Made by a program: the position numbers and the translations under genes. Shown piece after piece: positions 10,468 through 22,499 of a stretch of DNA of 64,000 nt; within the stretch, counting starts at the first letter, position 1, and every line of letters begins with the position of its first letter. The DNA lies in contig CM059425.1 in the NCBI GenBank assembly GCA_030390025.1, positions 260,524,001 through 260,588,000 on the forward strand, given 5' to 3'. This stretch comes from Squalus acanthias (Eukaryota). Under the pieces are notes generated by a model. That model was not told where the DNA came from. It ran no database searches and was given only the letters and a program-made list of their open reading frames with translations.

Positions 10468-13400
10468 AGAACATAAGAACATAAGAAATAGGAGCAGGAG
10501 TCAGCAACTTGGCCCCTTGAGCCTGCTCCGCCATTCAATAAGATCATGGCTGATCTTGGGCTCAAAGCCACTTCCCTGCCCGCTCCCCATAACCCTTCAC
10601 TCCCTTATCTTGCAAAAGTCTATCTATCTCCACCTTAAATGTATTTAATGACCCAGCCTCCACTGCTCTCTGGGGCAGAGAATTCCACAGATTTACGACC
10701 TTCTGACCTCTCCAGAATCCAGGGAATTTTGGTATATTGCAACCAATGCATCCACTATCTCTGCAGCCACTTCTTTTAAGACCCTGGGATGCAGGCCATC
10801 TGGTCCAGGGGACTTGTCATCTTTTAGTCCCATTATTTTACCAAGTACTTTTTCCATAGTGATTGTCTTTAGTTCCCCCCTCCCTTTGGCCCCTTGATTA
10901 TCCATTATTGGGATGTTGTTAGTGTCTTCTACCATGAAGACAGATACAAAATATTTGTTCAGTGTCTCTGCCATTTCCCCATTCCCCATTATTAATTCCC
11001 CATTCTCATCCTCTAAGGGACCAATGTTTACTTTAGCTACTCTCTTCCTTTTTATATACCTGTAGAAGCTCTTACTATCTGTTTTAATATTTCTTGCCCG
11101 TTTACTTTCATAATTCATCTTCCATCTCTTTATTATTTTTTTAGTCATCCTTTGCTAGTTTTTAAAAATTTCCCAATCCTCTGGCCTTGCATCAATCTTG
11201 GCAACATTGTATGCCTTCGTTTTTAATTTGATACCATCCTTTACTTCCTTAGTTAGCCACGAATAGTGCTCCCTTCTCGTAAAATCTTTCTTTCTCACTG
11301 AGAGTTATGAAATATCTCCTTAAACGTACGCCACTGCATTTCAACTGTCTTACCTTTTAATTTATTTTTCCAGTCCACTTTAGCCAGTTCTACCCTCATG
11401 CCATTGTAATTGCCTTTGTTTAAGATCAGGACACTAGTTTGAGATACAACTTTCTCACCCTCCAACTGAATTTGAAATTCAACCATGTTATGATCACTCT
11501 TTCCTAGAGGATCCGTTACTATGAGATCATTTATTAATTCTGTCTCATTACACAGTACCCGATCCAAGATAGCTTTCTCCCTGGTTGGTTCCATTACATA
11601 CTGTTCTAGGAAACCATCCTGGATGCACTCTATGAACTCCTCCTCAAGGCTACCATGGCCAATTTGATTTGTCCAATCAATATGGAGATTAAAATCACCC
11701 ATGATTATTACCGTACCTTTTTTACAGGCCTCCATTATTTGTTGATTTATAGTCTGTCCAACAGTATTGCTACTGTTCGGGGGCCTGTAGACTACACCCA
11801 CCAGAGACTTTATCACATTATTATTTTTTATCTCCACCCAAACCGATTCTACATCTTGATCTTCTGAGCCAATATCACTTCTCACCACTGCACTGATCCC
11901 ATCCTTTACCAACAAAGCCACCCCACCTCCCTTTCCTTTCTGTCTATCAGAACTTGAGAGCAAGAAAGCAGCTCTACAGATGCCTGAAGACCGAGGTCCA
12001 ACAAAAAACTCGTGACCTAAAGAACAGATGGTGGGTGGAGAAAGTGCAGGAGATCCAGCAGTTAGCTGACAACCACGACATGCGTGGAATCTTAAGCGCA
12101 GTCAAGACCACCTACTGCCCAAGCACGCAAGGTCCTACCCCACTGCGGACCAAGAACGCAGAGGTACTCATCAAGGACAGGGAGGCAGTCAGTGCCCGCT
12201 GGAAGGAGCACTTCGAAGATCTCCTTAACCGAGACTCTGTCTTCGACGCGAGTGTCCTCAACTCCATCCCGTAGCATGCTACCCGCCACCACCTCAACAC
12301 AACCCCAGCCCGGCATGAGGTTGAAAAGGCCATCCGACAACTGAAGAACAACAAGGCCTCAGGAGCAGATGGAATCCCCGCCGAGGCGCTAAAACATGGC
12401 AGAGAAGCACTATTGGCGCGAATACATGAACTCATTTCTCTTATTTGGAAGGAGGAGAGCATGCCAGGGGATCTCATGATGCTGTAATCGTGACCATCTT
12501 CAAGAAAGGTGACAAGTCCGATTGTGGTAATTACAGAGGAGTCTCCCTGCTGTCTACCACAGGGAAAGTCATCACAAGAATCCTCCTCAATCGCCTTCTC
12601 CCAGTGGCTGAAGAGCTCCTCCCAGAGTCGGAATGTGGATTCCGCCCACTAAGGGGCACAATGGACATGATCGTCACCGCGCGCCAATTACAAGAGAAAT
12701 GCAGGGAACAGCACCACTGCTGTACATGGCCTTCTTTGACCTCACAAAGGCCTTCCACAACATCAATCGTGAGGGATTATGGAGTGTCCTCCTCAAATTT
12801 GGCTGCCCTCAAAAGTTTGTCACCATCCTCCGCCTGCTTCACGACGACATGCAAGCCGTGATCCTGACCAACGGATCCACCACAGATCCAATTCACGTAC
12901 GGACTGGGGTCAAGCAAGGCTGTGTCATCACACCAACGCTCTGCTTGATCTTCCTGGCTGCAATGCTCCATCTCACCCACAGTAAGCTCCCCGCTGGAGT
13001 GGAGCTAATCTACAGAACAAACGGGAAACTGTTCAACCTCCATCGCCTCCAGTCCAGATCCAAGGTCGTCCCATCCTCTGTCATCAAATTACAGTATGCA
13101 GACGACGCTTGCGTCTGCGTACACTCTGAGTCCAAACTCCAAACCATCGTCTACACCTTCACCAAAGCGTTCGAGATCATGGGCCTTACATTAAACATCC
13201 GTAAGACAAAGGTCCTCTACCAACCTGCCCCCGCCACACAGTACTGCCCCCCGATTATCAAAATCCATGACGAGGCCTTGGACAACGTGGACCACTTTCC
13301 ATACCTCGGGAGCCTACTGTCAACAAGGGCAGACGTCAACGGCGAAGTCCAACACCGCCTTCAGTGTGCCAGTGCAGCCTTCGGTCGCCTTCGGAAGAGA

Positions 13401-14964
13401 GTGTTTGAAGACCAGGACCTCAAAGCCAGCACCAAGCTCATGGTCTACAGAGCAGTAGTGATACTCCTGTGTGCTTCAGAGACATGGACTATGTACAGCA
13501 GGCACCTCAAAGCACTGGAGAGGTACCACCAATGCTGCCTCCGCAAGATCCTGCAAATCCATTGGCAGGATAGGCGCACAAACGTCAATGTTCTCGCTCA
13601 GGCCAACATCCCCAGCATCGAAGCTTTGACCACGCTCGATCAGCTCTGATGGACGGGCCACATCGTCCACATGCCCGATACTCCCAAAACAAGCGCTCTA
13701 CTCGGAGCTCCGACACAGCAAGAGAGACCCAGGTGGGCAGAGGAAACGCTTCAAGTACACCCTCAAAGCCTCCTTGAAAAAGTGCAACATCCCCAGCGAC
13801 ACCTGGGAATCCCTGGCCCAAGACCACACAAAGTGGAGGAGAAGCATCCGGGAAGGCGCCGAACACCTCGAGTCTCTTCGCCGGGAGCAAGCGGAAGCCA
13901 AGCACAAACAGCGGAAGCCAAGCGCAAACAGTGGAAGGAGCGCAAGTCAACCCAAGCACACCACCCACCCGCCCCTTCAACCACCGTCAGCCCCACCTGT
14001 GACAGAGACTGTAGATCTCGCATTAGACTCATCAGTCACCTGAGAACTTATTTTTAATGTGGAAACAAGTCATCCTCGGTTCCGAGGAACTGCCTAAGAA
14101 GAGAGATCCTTCCGAATTGTCAAATACCCTGGAATATTCAGTTCCCAGCCCTGGTCACCTTGCAACCATGTCTCTGTAATGGCGATCAGATCATACCCAT
14201 TTGTATCTATTTGTGCCATCAACTCATCTATCTTGTTACGAATGGCTGTGTGCATTCAGCTATAGAGCTTTTAACTCTGTCTTTTTACCATTTCTCCTTG
14301 TTTTGGCCCCATTTTCTGTTGCACTCTTTTTAAACATTCTGTCCCTTCCTGTCACACGCTGGTTATTATTTCCCCCATCTCTATCCTGCTCTATTATTTT
14401 CTCATTTCTCATTGACTTTTTGAATTCCCGCTCACCTGAACCCTCCCCCCCACTACTTAGTTTAAAGCCCTCTCTACAGCCCTAGTTATTCGATTCGCCA
14501 GGACTCTAGTCCCAGCATGGTTCAAGTGAAGCCCATCCAAATGGAACAGCTCCCTCTTATCCCAGTACTGGTGCTAGTGCCCCACAAATCGAAACCCATT
14601 TCTCCCACACCAGTCTTTGAACCACTCGTTCATTTCTCTGATCTTATTGACCCTATGCAAATTCGCTCATGGCTCAGGTAGTAATCCAGAGATTATTACC
14701 TTTGTGGTTCTGCTTTTTAATTTAGCCCCTAGCTGCTCATACTCCCTCAGCAGAACCTCTTTCTTTGTCCTACCTATGTCATTGATACCTACGTGGACCA
14801 TGACAACTGGATCTTCCCCCTCCCACTCCAAGTTCCTCTCCAGCCCAGAGGAGATGTCCTTAACCCTGGCACCGGGCAGGCAACACAGCCTTCGGCACTC
14901 ACGCTCTCGGCTACAGAGAACAGTATCTATCCCCCTAACTATACTGTCCCCTATCACTACATTC
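10468..14964 (-). mobile_element. Inner CR1 LINE (esterase ORF1 and EN, RT largely deleted), interrupted by an RTE
   Basis: IGDSIVRGID esterase (14667-14957), GDFN/SDH endonuclease motifs (11295-11963) and a (TTCTTATG)n tail at ~10468-10490. Confidence 0.78.
11949..14105 (+). mobile_element. RTE-clade LINE, 5'-truncated
   Basis: KASGADGIPAE, CGFRPLRGTMDMI, GVKQGCV and YADD motifs, C-terminal C-x2-C...SHLR motif, AAG-type tail; ATC duplicated at 11946-11948 and 14106-14108. Confidence 0.85.
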
Positions 14965-17669
14965 CCATTGCATTTCCTTCATCAATCCTCTCTGTTACTT
15001 CATCAAAAAATTCAATTAGATTAGTCAAACACAATCTGCCATTTACAAATCCGTGTTGGCTCTCCTTAATTAGCTTAAACCTTTCCAAGTTCCCGTTAAT
15101 TTTTCCTTAATTATTGTTTCTAAAACCTTACCCACCACCGGCCTGTAGTTACTAGGATTGTCCTTACACACTTTCTTGAACAATGGTGTCACATTTGCCA
15201 CTTTCCAATCCTCAGGCACCTCCCCTGCATCTAGGGAAGATTGGAAAATTATGGCAAGCACTTCCGCTATCTCCTCCCCCAATTCCCTTAGCAACCAGGG
15301 ATATAAGCCATCTGGACCAGGTGACTTGTCCACTCTAAGCATACCCAGCCTTTCTAGTACATCCTGTCTATCAATTTTCACCCCTTCCATTGCTTCTACC
15401 TTTTCCACTTCTACCGATATTTTGTCAGCATCCACCTCCTTAGTAAACACCGATACAAAGTACTCATTGAATATTCTAGCCTTGCCCTGCGCCTCTAAGC
15501 ATATATCACCTTCTTTGTCTCTACTAGGCCCCACCCTGCCACTTAGTACCCGCTTACTGTTTACATGCCGGTAGAATATTTTTGGGTTCCCTTTTATGTT
15601 AACCGCCATTCTACTCTCATATTCTCTCTTTGCCAATCTTATTTTCAGCTTCACATCCCCTCTCAACTTATTGTATTTGGTCTGGTTCTCCCATGAAGAA
15701 TTCACCTGATATGCATCATACACCCTCTTTTTTTTTGTTTCATCATCTTCTCTATCTCCCTCATCATTCAAGGAGCCCTTGCTTTGGTTCCCTTACCCTT
15801 CCCCCTTGTTGGAATGTACCTAGCCTGTACTTGGAACATCTCCTCCTTAAAGATTACCCATTGTTCCATTACAGTTTTTCCTGTCAGTCTTTGGTTCCAT
15901 TTTACCCTGGCTAGATCCTTTTGCATCCTATTGAAGTTAGCCCTATTCCAGTTTAGAAGTTCCACTCTAGATTGTTCCTTGCTCCTCTCCATTGCTAATC
16001 TAAATCTAATGATACGATGATCACTCATATACAAGTGTTCTCCCACATACACTTGGTCGACCTGGCCCACCTCATTCCCCAGCACCAGATCCAGCAATGC
16101 CTCCTTCCTAGTTGGGCCAAGAACATACTGGTCAAGGAAATTCTCCTGAACACATTTCAGAAATTCCTCCCCCTCCTTTCCCTTTACCCTAGCATTATCC
16201 CAATCGATATTTGGGTAATTAAAGTCCCCCAATATCACCACTCTATAGTTCTTGCATATCTCTTGAGATTTCCCTGCAGATTTGCTCCTCTACCTCCCTC
16301 TCACTATTTGGAGGTCTATAGAATACCCCCAATAGCGTGATCATACCATTTTTGCTCCTCAACTCTAACCAAATGGATTCTGTCCTTGTCCCCTCAAGAA
16401 CATCCTCCCTTTCCAACACTACAATGTCTTCCCTAATCAGCACTGCCACCCCCACCTCCATTTTTTCCTTCCCTATCTTCTCTGAACATGTGTACCCTTG
16501 AATATTAAGTGCCCAGTCCTCACCGTTTTTAAGCCACGTTTCCGTTATTGCCACATCATATTGCCACATGGCTAATTGTGCTTGTAGCTCACCAACCTTA
16601 TTCACCACACTTTGTGCATTTACGTACATGCATTCTAAACCCATTTTTGAATTTTTTGTAGTCTTTCTTAGTCTGCTCCTATCTAATATGGTACTACTAC
16701 CGCCCCTAGTACTATCTTCTCTAGTACTATCCAACACAATAACTCTTTTATGCACCTTATTCCTCTTTTCTGCTGCTATATGCTGGTGCCCATCCCCCTG
16801 CCAAGCTAGTTTAATCCCTCCCCAACAGCACTAACAAACCTCCCCGCGAGAATATTGGTCCCGGCTCTGTTGAGGTGTAACCCGTCCGGCTTGTACAGCT
16901 CCCACCTTCCCCAGAAACGGTCCCAATGCCTCAGGAATCTATAGCCCTTCCCCCTGCACCATCTCTCCAACCGATTCATCTGTTCTATCCTCCTATTCCT
17001 GTACTCACGAGCACAGTTGAGTATATTCAAGACAGAGATCGATAGATTTTTGAATATTAAGGGAATCAAGGGATATGGTGATAGTACAGGAAAGTGGAGA
17101 TGAGGTAGAAGATCAGCCATGATCTTATTGAATGGCGGAGCAGGCTCGAAGGGCAAAATGGCCGACTCCTGCTCCTATTTCTTATGTTCTTATATAAATG
17201 CAAGTTGTTGTTGTTGCAGTGCGCTAAAAATATAGCAAGAGATCTCAAGTCGTGGAGAAAATAAATTTCTAAAACTGATGGCCTCCTATAGTTGAAGGGA
17301 GCGCTTGCCAGAGAAATCTGTGATACTGTCGCGCCGATCCTCAGCTCCCTTCGAGATCTTCATTGGGAGCATGGGATCGCTCGGTCCAACCTGATATCTG
17401 TGGTACCTTCGTAAACGGACTTTCATTCTCAACTTTAAAACTGGCCCAGAAATTCCGTTCGCAGCCCTCCCGCGGGCGGAGGGCTGCGATTCGGAAAAAT
17501 CTCCGCTTGGACCGGAGGGCTCCCGGGACACACACACTTCCGTTGCTGTGCCTGTTCAATCTGCCGGTGTGCAGGGCACGCGTATCCCAGGGGCGCAACT
17601 AGTTCGCAGCGTCCCTGGGATCACGTGGGCCATGGGGAGCCAATCAGAGCAGGGACTCTCCATTCATAG

Positions 17670-17910
17670 ATTTGACAGAAGGCCCTAAGCTCTGGAATTC
17701 CCTCCTTAAACCTCTCCACCTCTATACCTCTCTTTCCACCTTTAAGACGCTCCTTAAAACCTACCACTTTGACCAAGCTTTTGGTCATCTGCCCTAATAT
17801 CTCCTTATGTGGCTCGGTGTCAAATTTTTGTCTTATAATAGTGTTGTGAAGCGCCTTGGGATAATTTATTACGTTAAAGGCGCTATATTAATACAAATTG
17901 TTGTTGTTGT
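17670..17910 (+). mobile_element. L2-type LINE 3' tail
   Basis: ctctggaattccctcc...gtgaagcgccttggg...ggcgctata...(ttg)n tail. Confidence 0.55.
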
Positions 17911-17929
17911 TGGTCGCTAGTTTGTGCCT

Positions 17930-18190
17930 CGACATACTGATATCAAACTATCTTGAATGCATTCTATGAACTCATCTTCCGCACTATTACTGCAAATTTG
18001 CTTTGCCCAGTCTATATGGAAATTAAAGTCTCCCATGATTACTGTATTACCTTTGTTACATGTACCTCTAATTTCCTGATTTATATTGTGCCTGACTCTA
18101 CATCTACTGTTGGGGGGCCTATAAACTCCTCTCACCAGTGTTTCCTGCCCTTTGCTGTTTCTTAGCTCCACTCAACGTGATTCTACATCT
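17930..18190 (-). mobile_element. CR1 endonuclease fragment
   Basis: VYRPPNS...GDFNFHIDW motifs. Confidence 0.7.
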
Positions 18191-18463
18191 TGTCTCAAGT
18201 TGCTCATATTCTGTATCGCAAAATCTTCTAATTTACAAAGATAATTCGATCACACACAAATGTAACAACACGCGTACGCATAAATATAAAGGTTTTTATC
18301 CGTGGCAGGGCCACACTTGGTTCGAGACTTCAGTATAGTACCAAAGAACTGATCCTTCTCAGTTTCCAGTGAGGTCCAGTTCTTTCCTACGCAGTTAATT
18401 ATTTTACTAAAACGGTTTAACGTTAAGAAAATGAGTTCCTGCCTCCTCTTGGGGAATACGTAC

Positions 18464-18512
18464 GTTCTGCCAAGATGGCCAGGGCGAGTGCACAAAAGAC
18501 AATCCACAGCAT
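18464..18512 (-). CDS. Candidate first coding (signal peptide) exon of the Siglec-15-like gene, MLWIVFCALALAILAE
   Basis: Minus strand ATG CTG TGG ATT GTC TTT TGT GCA CTC GCC CTG GCC ATC TTG GCA GAA C|gtacgt gives a hydrophobic leader ending in a phase-1 GT donor compatible with the V exon. It lies in one of the few non-repetitive islands and is absent from the ORF track. Confidence 0.65.
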
Positions 18513-18594
18513 TCTCTTCACTCCTTCAGCGCCCAGATCTCTCTGACTGCCGACCACCGACTCTGTGGAACTGCGACGGTTGCTCGCTATTTCT

Positions 18595-18710
18595 TGTTAC
18601 TTCCTTCTTAAATTTGGGGTTAACGAAGAAAATAAAAATACTTGTGATATTTGACAAGGCAAACCAGCTAGCTGCAGATGAGGAAGTCCCTTTCAGCACG
18701 TTTGCAAATC
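18595..18710 (-). promoter_or_regulatory. Candidate promoter with ETS/PU.1-like motifs
   Basis: GAGGAAGT at 18680-18687 overlaps an NF-kB-like GGGACTTCC on the minus strand and E-box CAGATG at 18675-18680. A second GGAA core lies at 18599-18606. All are about 90-180 nt upstream of the candidate ATG. Confidence 0.35.
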
Positions 18711-18741
18711 TCAGGATGCAATACTGAGCCTGCAAAGACCT

Positions 18742-18945
18742 TGAGCTCAGTCGGTGGCTCTCTCGCCTTTGACTCAGTCGGTCATTGGGTTAAATCCGCT
18801 CCAGAGACTTGAGCACAAAATCTAGGCTGACACTCCAGTGCAGTACTGAGGGAGTGCTTCACTGTCGGAGGTGCCGCCTTTCAGATGAAAAGTTAAACCA
18901 AGGCCAGATCCGTCCTCTCAGCTGGACGTGAAAGATCCCACAGCA
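18742..18945 (+). mobile_element. Deu-domain SINE 5' part
   Basis: tRNA-like head followed by gaggtgccgcctttcagatgaaaagttaaacc...aaagatccca, as recalled for the Deu domain. Confidence 0.65.
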
Positions 18946-18949
18946 CCAG

Positions 18950-19445
18950 AAACATAGGAACATAGGAACAGGAGGAGGCCATTGAGCGCCTCGAGCCTGT
19001 TCCGCCATTCAATGAGATCATGGCTGATCTGCGACCTAACTCCACATACCCGCCTTTGCCCCGTATCCCTTAATACTCATTCAAACATACAAAATTCTTA
19101 CAGAGCTTGACAGGGTAGATGCAGGGAGGATGTTTCCACTGGCTGGGGAGTCTAGAACCAGGGGTCACAGTCTCAGAATAAGGGGTCGGCCATTTAGGAC
19201 TGAGATGAGGTGAAATTTCTTCACTCAGAGGGTGGTGAATCTTTGGAATTCTCTACCCCAGAAGGCTGTGGAGGCTCAGTCGTTGAGTATACTCAAAACA
19301 GAGATCGATAGATTTTAGGATATTAAGGGAATCAAGGGATATGGGGATAGTGCAGGAAAGTGGAGTTGAGATAGAAGATCTGCCATGATCTTATTGAATG
19401 GCAGAGCAGGCTCAAGGGGCCTAATGGCCTCCTCTTGCTCCTATT
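18950..19445. mobile_element. Two CR1 3' fragments in opposite orientation
   Basis: 18950-19072 is a minus-strand tail and 19075-19445 is a plus-strand 3' end; both match 3447-3720. Confidence 0.7.
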
Positions 19446-19714
19446 ACAGTGCGTATGAGATATAGGTATCAGTTAGAGCTCACGTACCAAGGACTCCTTC
19501 AGGAGGCTGCAAGTGTATCGTTTTGACTGATTACACTGCCCACAGCAAGATTAGAAAGAAAGGAACACTTACATTTATATAGCGCCTTTCACAACCACCG
19601 GACGTCTCAAAGCATTTTACAGTCAATGCAGTACTTTTTGAAGTGTAGTCACTATTGTAATGTGAAACACGGCAGCCAATTTGCACACAGCAAGCTCCCA
19701 CAAACAGCAACGAA

Positions 19715-20845
19715 GCGATCTGTCAATGGTGAGAGAGTTCTTCCAATGAGGTGAGACTGGATGGAGACTTTGCTGGAAACACTTGCAACCTGCAGAATCT
19801 GTGCTGAAAATGGACTGAGCAACAGCTTCTGCCTGAGGAAAGTGATCATCTGTCAGGTGGGAGCTTTTACTGTACATTTAGTGCTGTCAAGCAATCAGCT
19901 GGAGCAATGGCCACTGAACTCCCGCCTCAGGTTGACAGAGATGGTTCCCGAGCTGCGTGAATCCTGTGGTCATGCAGGGAAATTTAAAAAGATGGGGGAA
20001 AAGGCTCTTCAGTGCCTGATAATTATCTCAAGTGGGCGCCCCGTCACTGCCGGTCGGGTCGGCTCCGCGATGACAGACGCGCCTGTGGGAAAGGCGCGTG
20101 GGAGCGAGTTGATAGCGGGTTCCTGACCCACTGCTAAAAATACCAACTTTCCCACCCGACCCTCCATCAATCGCACCCGCTACCACCCCGGAAAATTCCG
20201 GCCAGAGACTCTGCTTGTCTCTCAACAGTTGCTGCCTGACCTGCTGACTATTTCCAGCAGAGTGATGGGGATGTGATGAGAGGCACAGCAGGATGTGGCT
20301 TTGTACTAACATTTCCTGATCTAATGAGATCATTGAAACATTTCCAGCACTGCACTCATGTCCTCCTGACCACATCGCTGCTTGTGACCTTCTGTGCAAT
20401 CTGCAACCAGACTGCATTGGTCTCCTGGGGGGGTCTCTTCTGCCCAGGGGAAGGGAAGAGAACCTCCCTGCGTGCTCCGACACCCTCCATAAGCATATGG
20501 AGTGAGGCATTGGAGAACCTGGATGCAGCCCTCTGCCTCTGTGCAGTCATTGTCAGTGTTTGCAGCACTCCAATGCTGTAGTGCACTGATAGCACTAGGT
20601 TAGATTAAACTTCAAATGTAATGAGGCCATGGTCCTTTTAAAGATCCCGGCTGAAAACGCGTCATGAAAGACGTCACCAGATTCGCGCCATCTCATTGGG
20701 CCAGGTAACACGCTGGGTGGGCTTAATAGGCCCCATTAAGAAATGTTCATTTTCAACAGCGGGGTGGAGCCAGGTGCGGGGTCGGGATCCGACATGGTCA
20801 CCGCCCACACCGGATCCCCCCGCAAGATGAAGAAAATTCCGGCCA
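19715..20845. mobile_element. Degenerate Harbinger fragments with Myb-like exon remnant
   Basis: Minus-strand AASRFSNASLHMLMEGVGARREVLFP...WLQIAQKVTSSDVVRRT at 20356-20595; terminal-like gaaaattccggcc at ~20191-20203 and ~20833-20845. Confidence 0.55.
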
Positions 20846-21305
20846 ACGTTTCAGGTCGATCACCTTTTGTGCAAACAGGAAAAAGTTCGAGATGTAACAG
20901 GTTTTAAACAAGTACGGAGGCAGGGAAAGGGGGGAGGAGAGGAAAGATCAAAAGGGAAGGTCTGTGATAGGATGGAAGGCAGGAGTGATTAAATGACAAA
21001 AGGGATGATGGTGCAAGGCGAAAGGAGATGGTAAAGGGACAAGTAAAGAAACAAAAGATGGGTCTAGAGGAGGTGGAAATGGGAAGAGCAGATTCAGCAG
21101 CAACAGTTGCCGTCTGGAAAAAATGGGGGCAGAGGTCATGGTCTGGAATTGTTGAACTCAATGTTGAGTCCGGAAGGTTGTAAAGTGCTTAATAGAAAGG
21201 TGAGGTGCTGTTCCTCGAGCTTACGTTAAGCTTCATTGGACCAGTGCAGGAGGCCGAGGACGGAGAGGTCCGAGTGGGAGTGGGGCGGTGAATTAAAATG
21301 ACAGG
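20846..21305 (-). mobile_element. Penelope-like element terminal fragment
   Basis: Near-identical to 22500-22760 and to the inverted 24218-24330 / 25229-25340 segments. Confidence 0.7.
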
Positions 21306-21825
21306 TGAATAAGTGGATCTATATTTTAAAGGCTTACTATGACTATTCTACCTGGTACACCTGTACTTACCTGTCCCCACCTCCAGGCTTGAAAAGAACC
21401 TTCGTTTTGCGGCTTTGAGGCCTACTTTCCAGTCAGAGCGAACATGTCCATCGTATTCTTTCTCATCTTAACTAGTTTCAGGATTCTTTAACCGAGCAAA
21501 CGGGGGCAATCAGCAGGAATTGTTGTGTTACCAGCAGGAACGCTGGGGCCGTTCTTACCCGGGGTGCTGTCCCTCCGACCTCCGACCATTCATGCTTACC
21601 CCGTTTGGCTATAGTCTGCTCATGGTTACTGTTGTGTTGCTGCATATGTACCAAATGCTTTTGCGAGGTGGAATATAGATTTCAGGCTTAAGGGAAGGAA
21701 AGGAATCGGACGATCAAAATTTATGACTGCTCATCATGCTTCTGTCTGGAGAGAAATGTTTATTTGAATTTACATAGAATATACAGCTCAGAATCAGGCC
21801 ATTTGGTCCAACCAATCCATGCCGG

Positions 21826-22405
21826 TGTTAACCCGAGGCCCCGCCTGCCCTCCCAGGTGGAAATAAAAGATCCCACGGGCATTATTTCGAAGATGAGCAG
21901 GGGAGTTCTCCCTGGTGTCCTGGGGCCAATATTTATCCCTTGACCAACATCACTGAAACAGATGATCTGGTTATTATCATATTGCTGTTTGTCGGAGCTT
22001 GTTCTGCGACAAATTGGCTGCCCCATTTCCTACATCACAACAGTGACTACACTTCAAAAGTGCTTCATTGGCTGTAAAGCGCTTTGGGCATCCTGAGGTT
22101 GTGAAAGGCGCTATAGCAATGCAAGTCTTTCTTTATTTTCCTTCGTCATCTGACGCAGCTCGCCTGTGTAGTCAGTTTGCAATAATTCCCACGCTTCCCA
22201 CGGGGTTTAACTAAGGCACGAGGCTCTCTTATTCCAGGAGGGAGGATTGTAATGTGCACAGAACGAAAGACTTGCATTTATATAGCGCCTTTCACAACCA
22301 CCAGACTTCCCAAAGCGCTTTACAACCAATGAGGTATTATTTTTGCGAAGTGTAGTCACTGTTGTAATGTAGGAAATGCGGCAGCCAATTTGTGCACAGC
22401 AAGTC
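21826..22405. mobile_element. Tail-to-tail pair of Deu-domain SINEs (21826-22135 plus; 22263-22405 minus)
   Basis: Same family sequence in opposite orientations about 130 bp apart. Confidence 0.7.
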
Positions 22406-22499
22406 ACACGTGGGCCGGATATAGTTGGGGGCGGGACTGGAAGCCAGAAACCACCTGACCCGCTCCCAACCCGCATACAATGACAAAATCGCGGCCTTA

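Larger units (their letters stand above)
9290..16985 (-). mobile_element. Outer CR1 LINE, split by a nested CR1 at 10468-14964
   Basis: Esterase, EN and RT remnants at 14970-16985 continue into DVVYMDFRKAFDKV at ~10460; CCATT is duplicated at 10463-10467 and 14965-14969. Confidence 0.75.
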
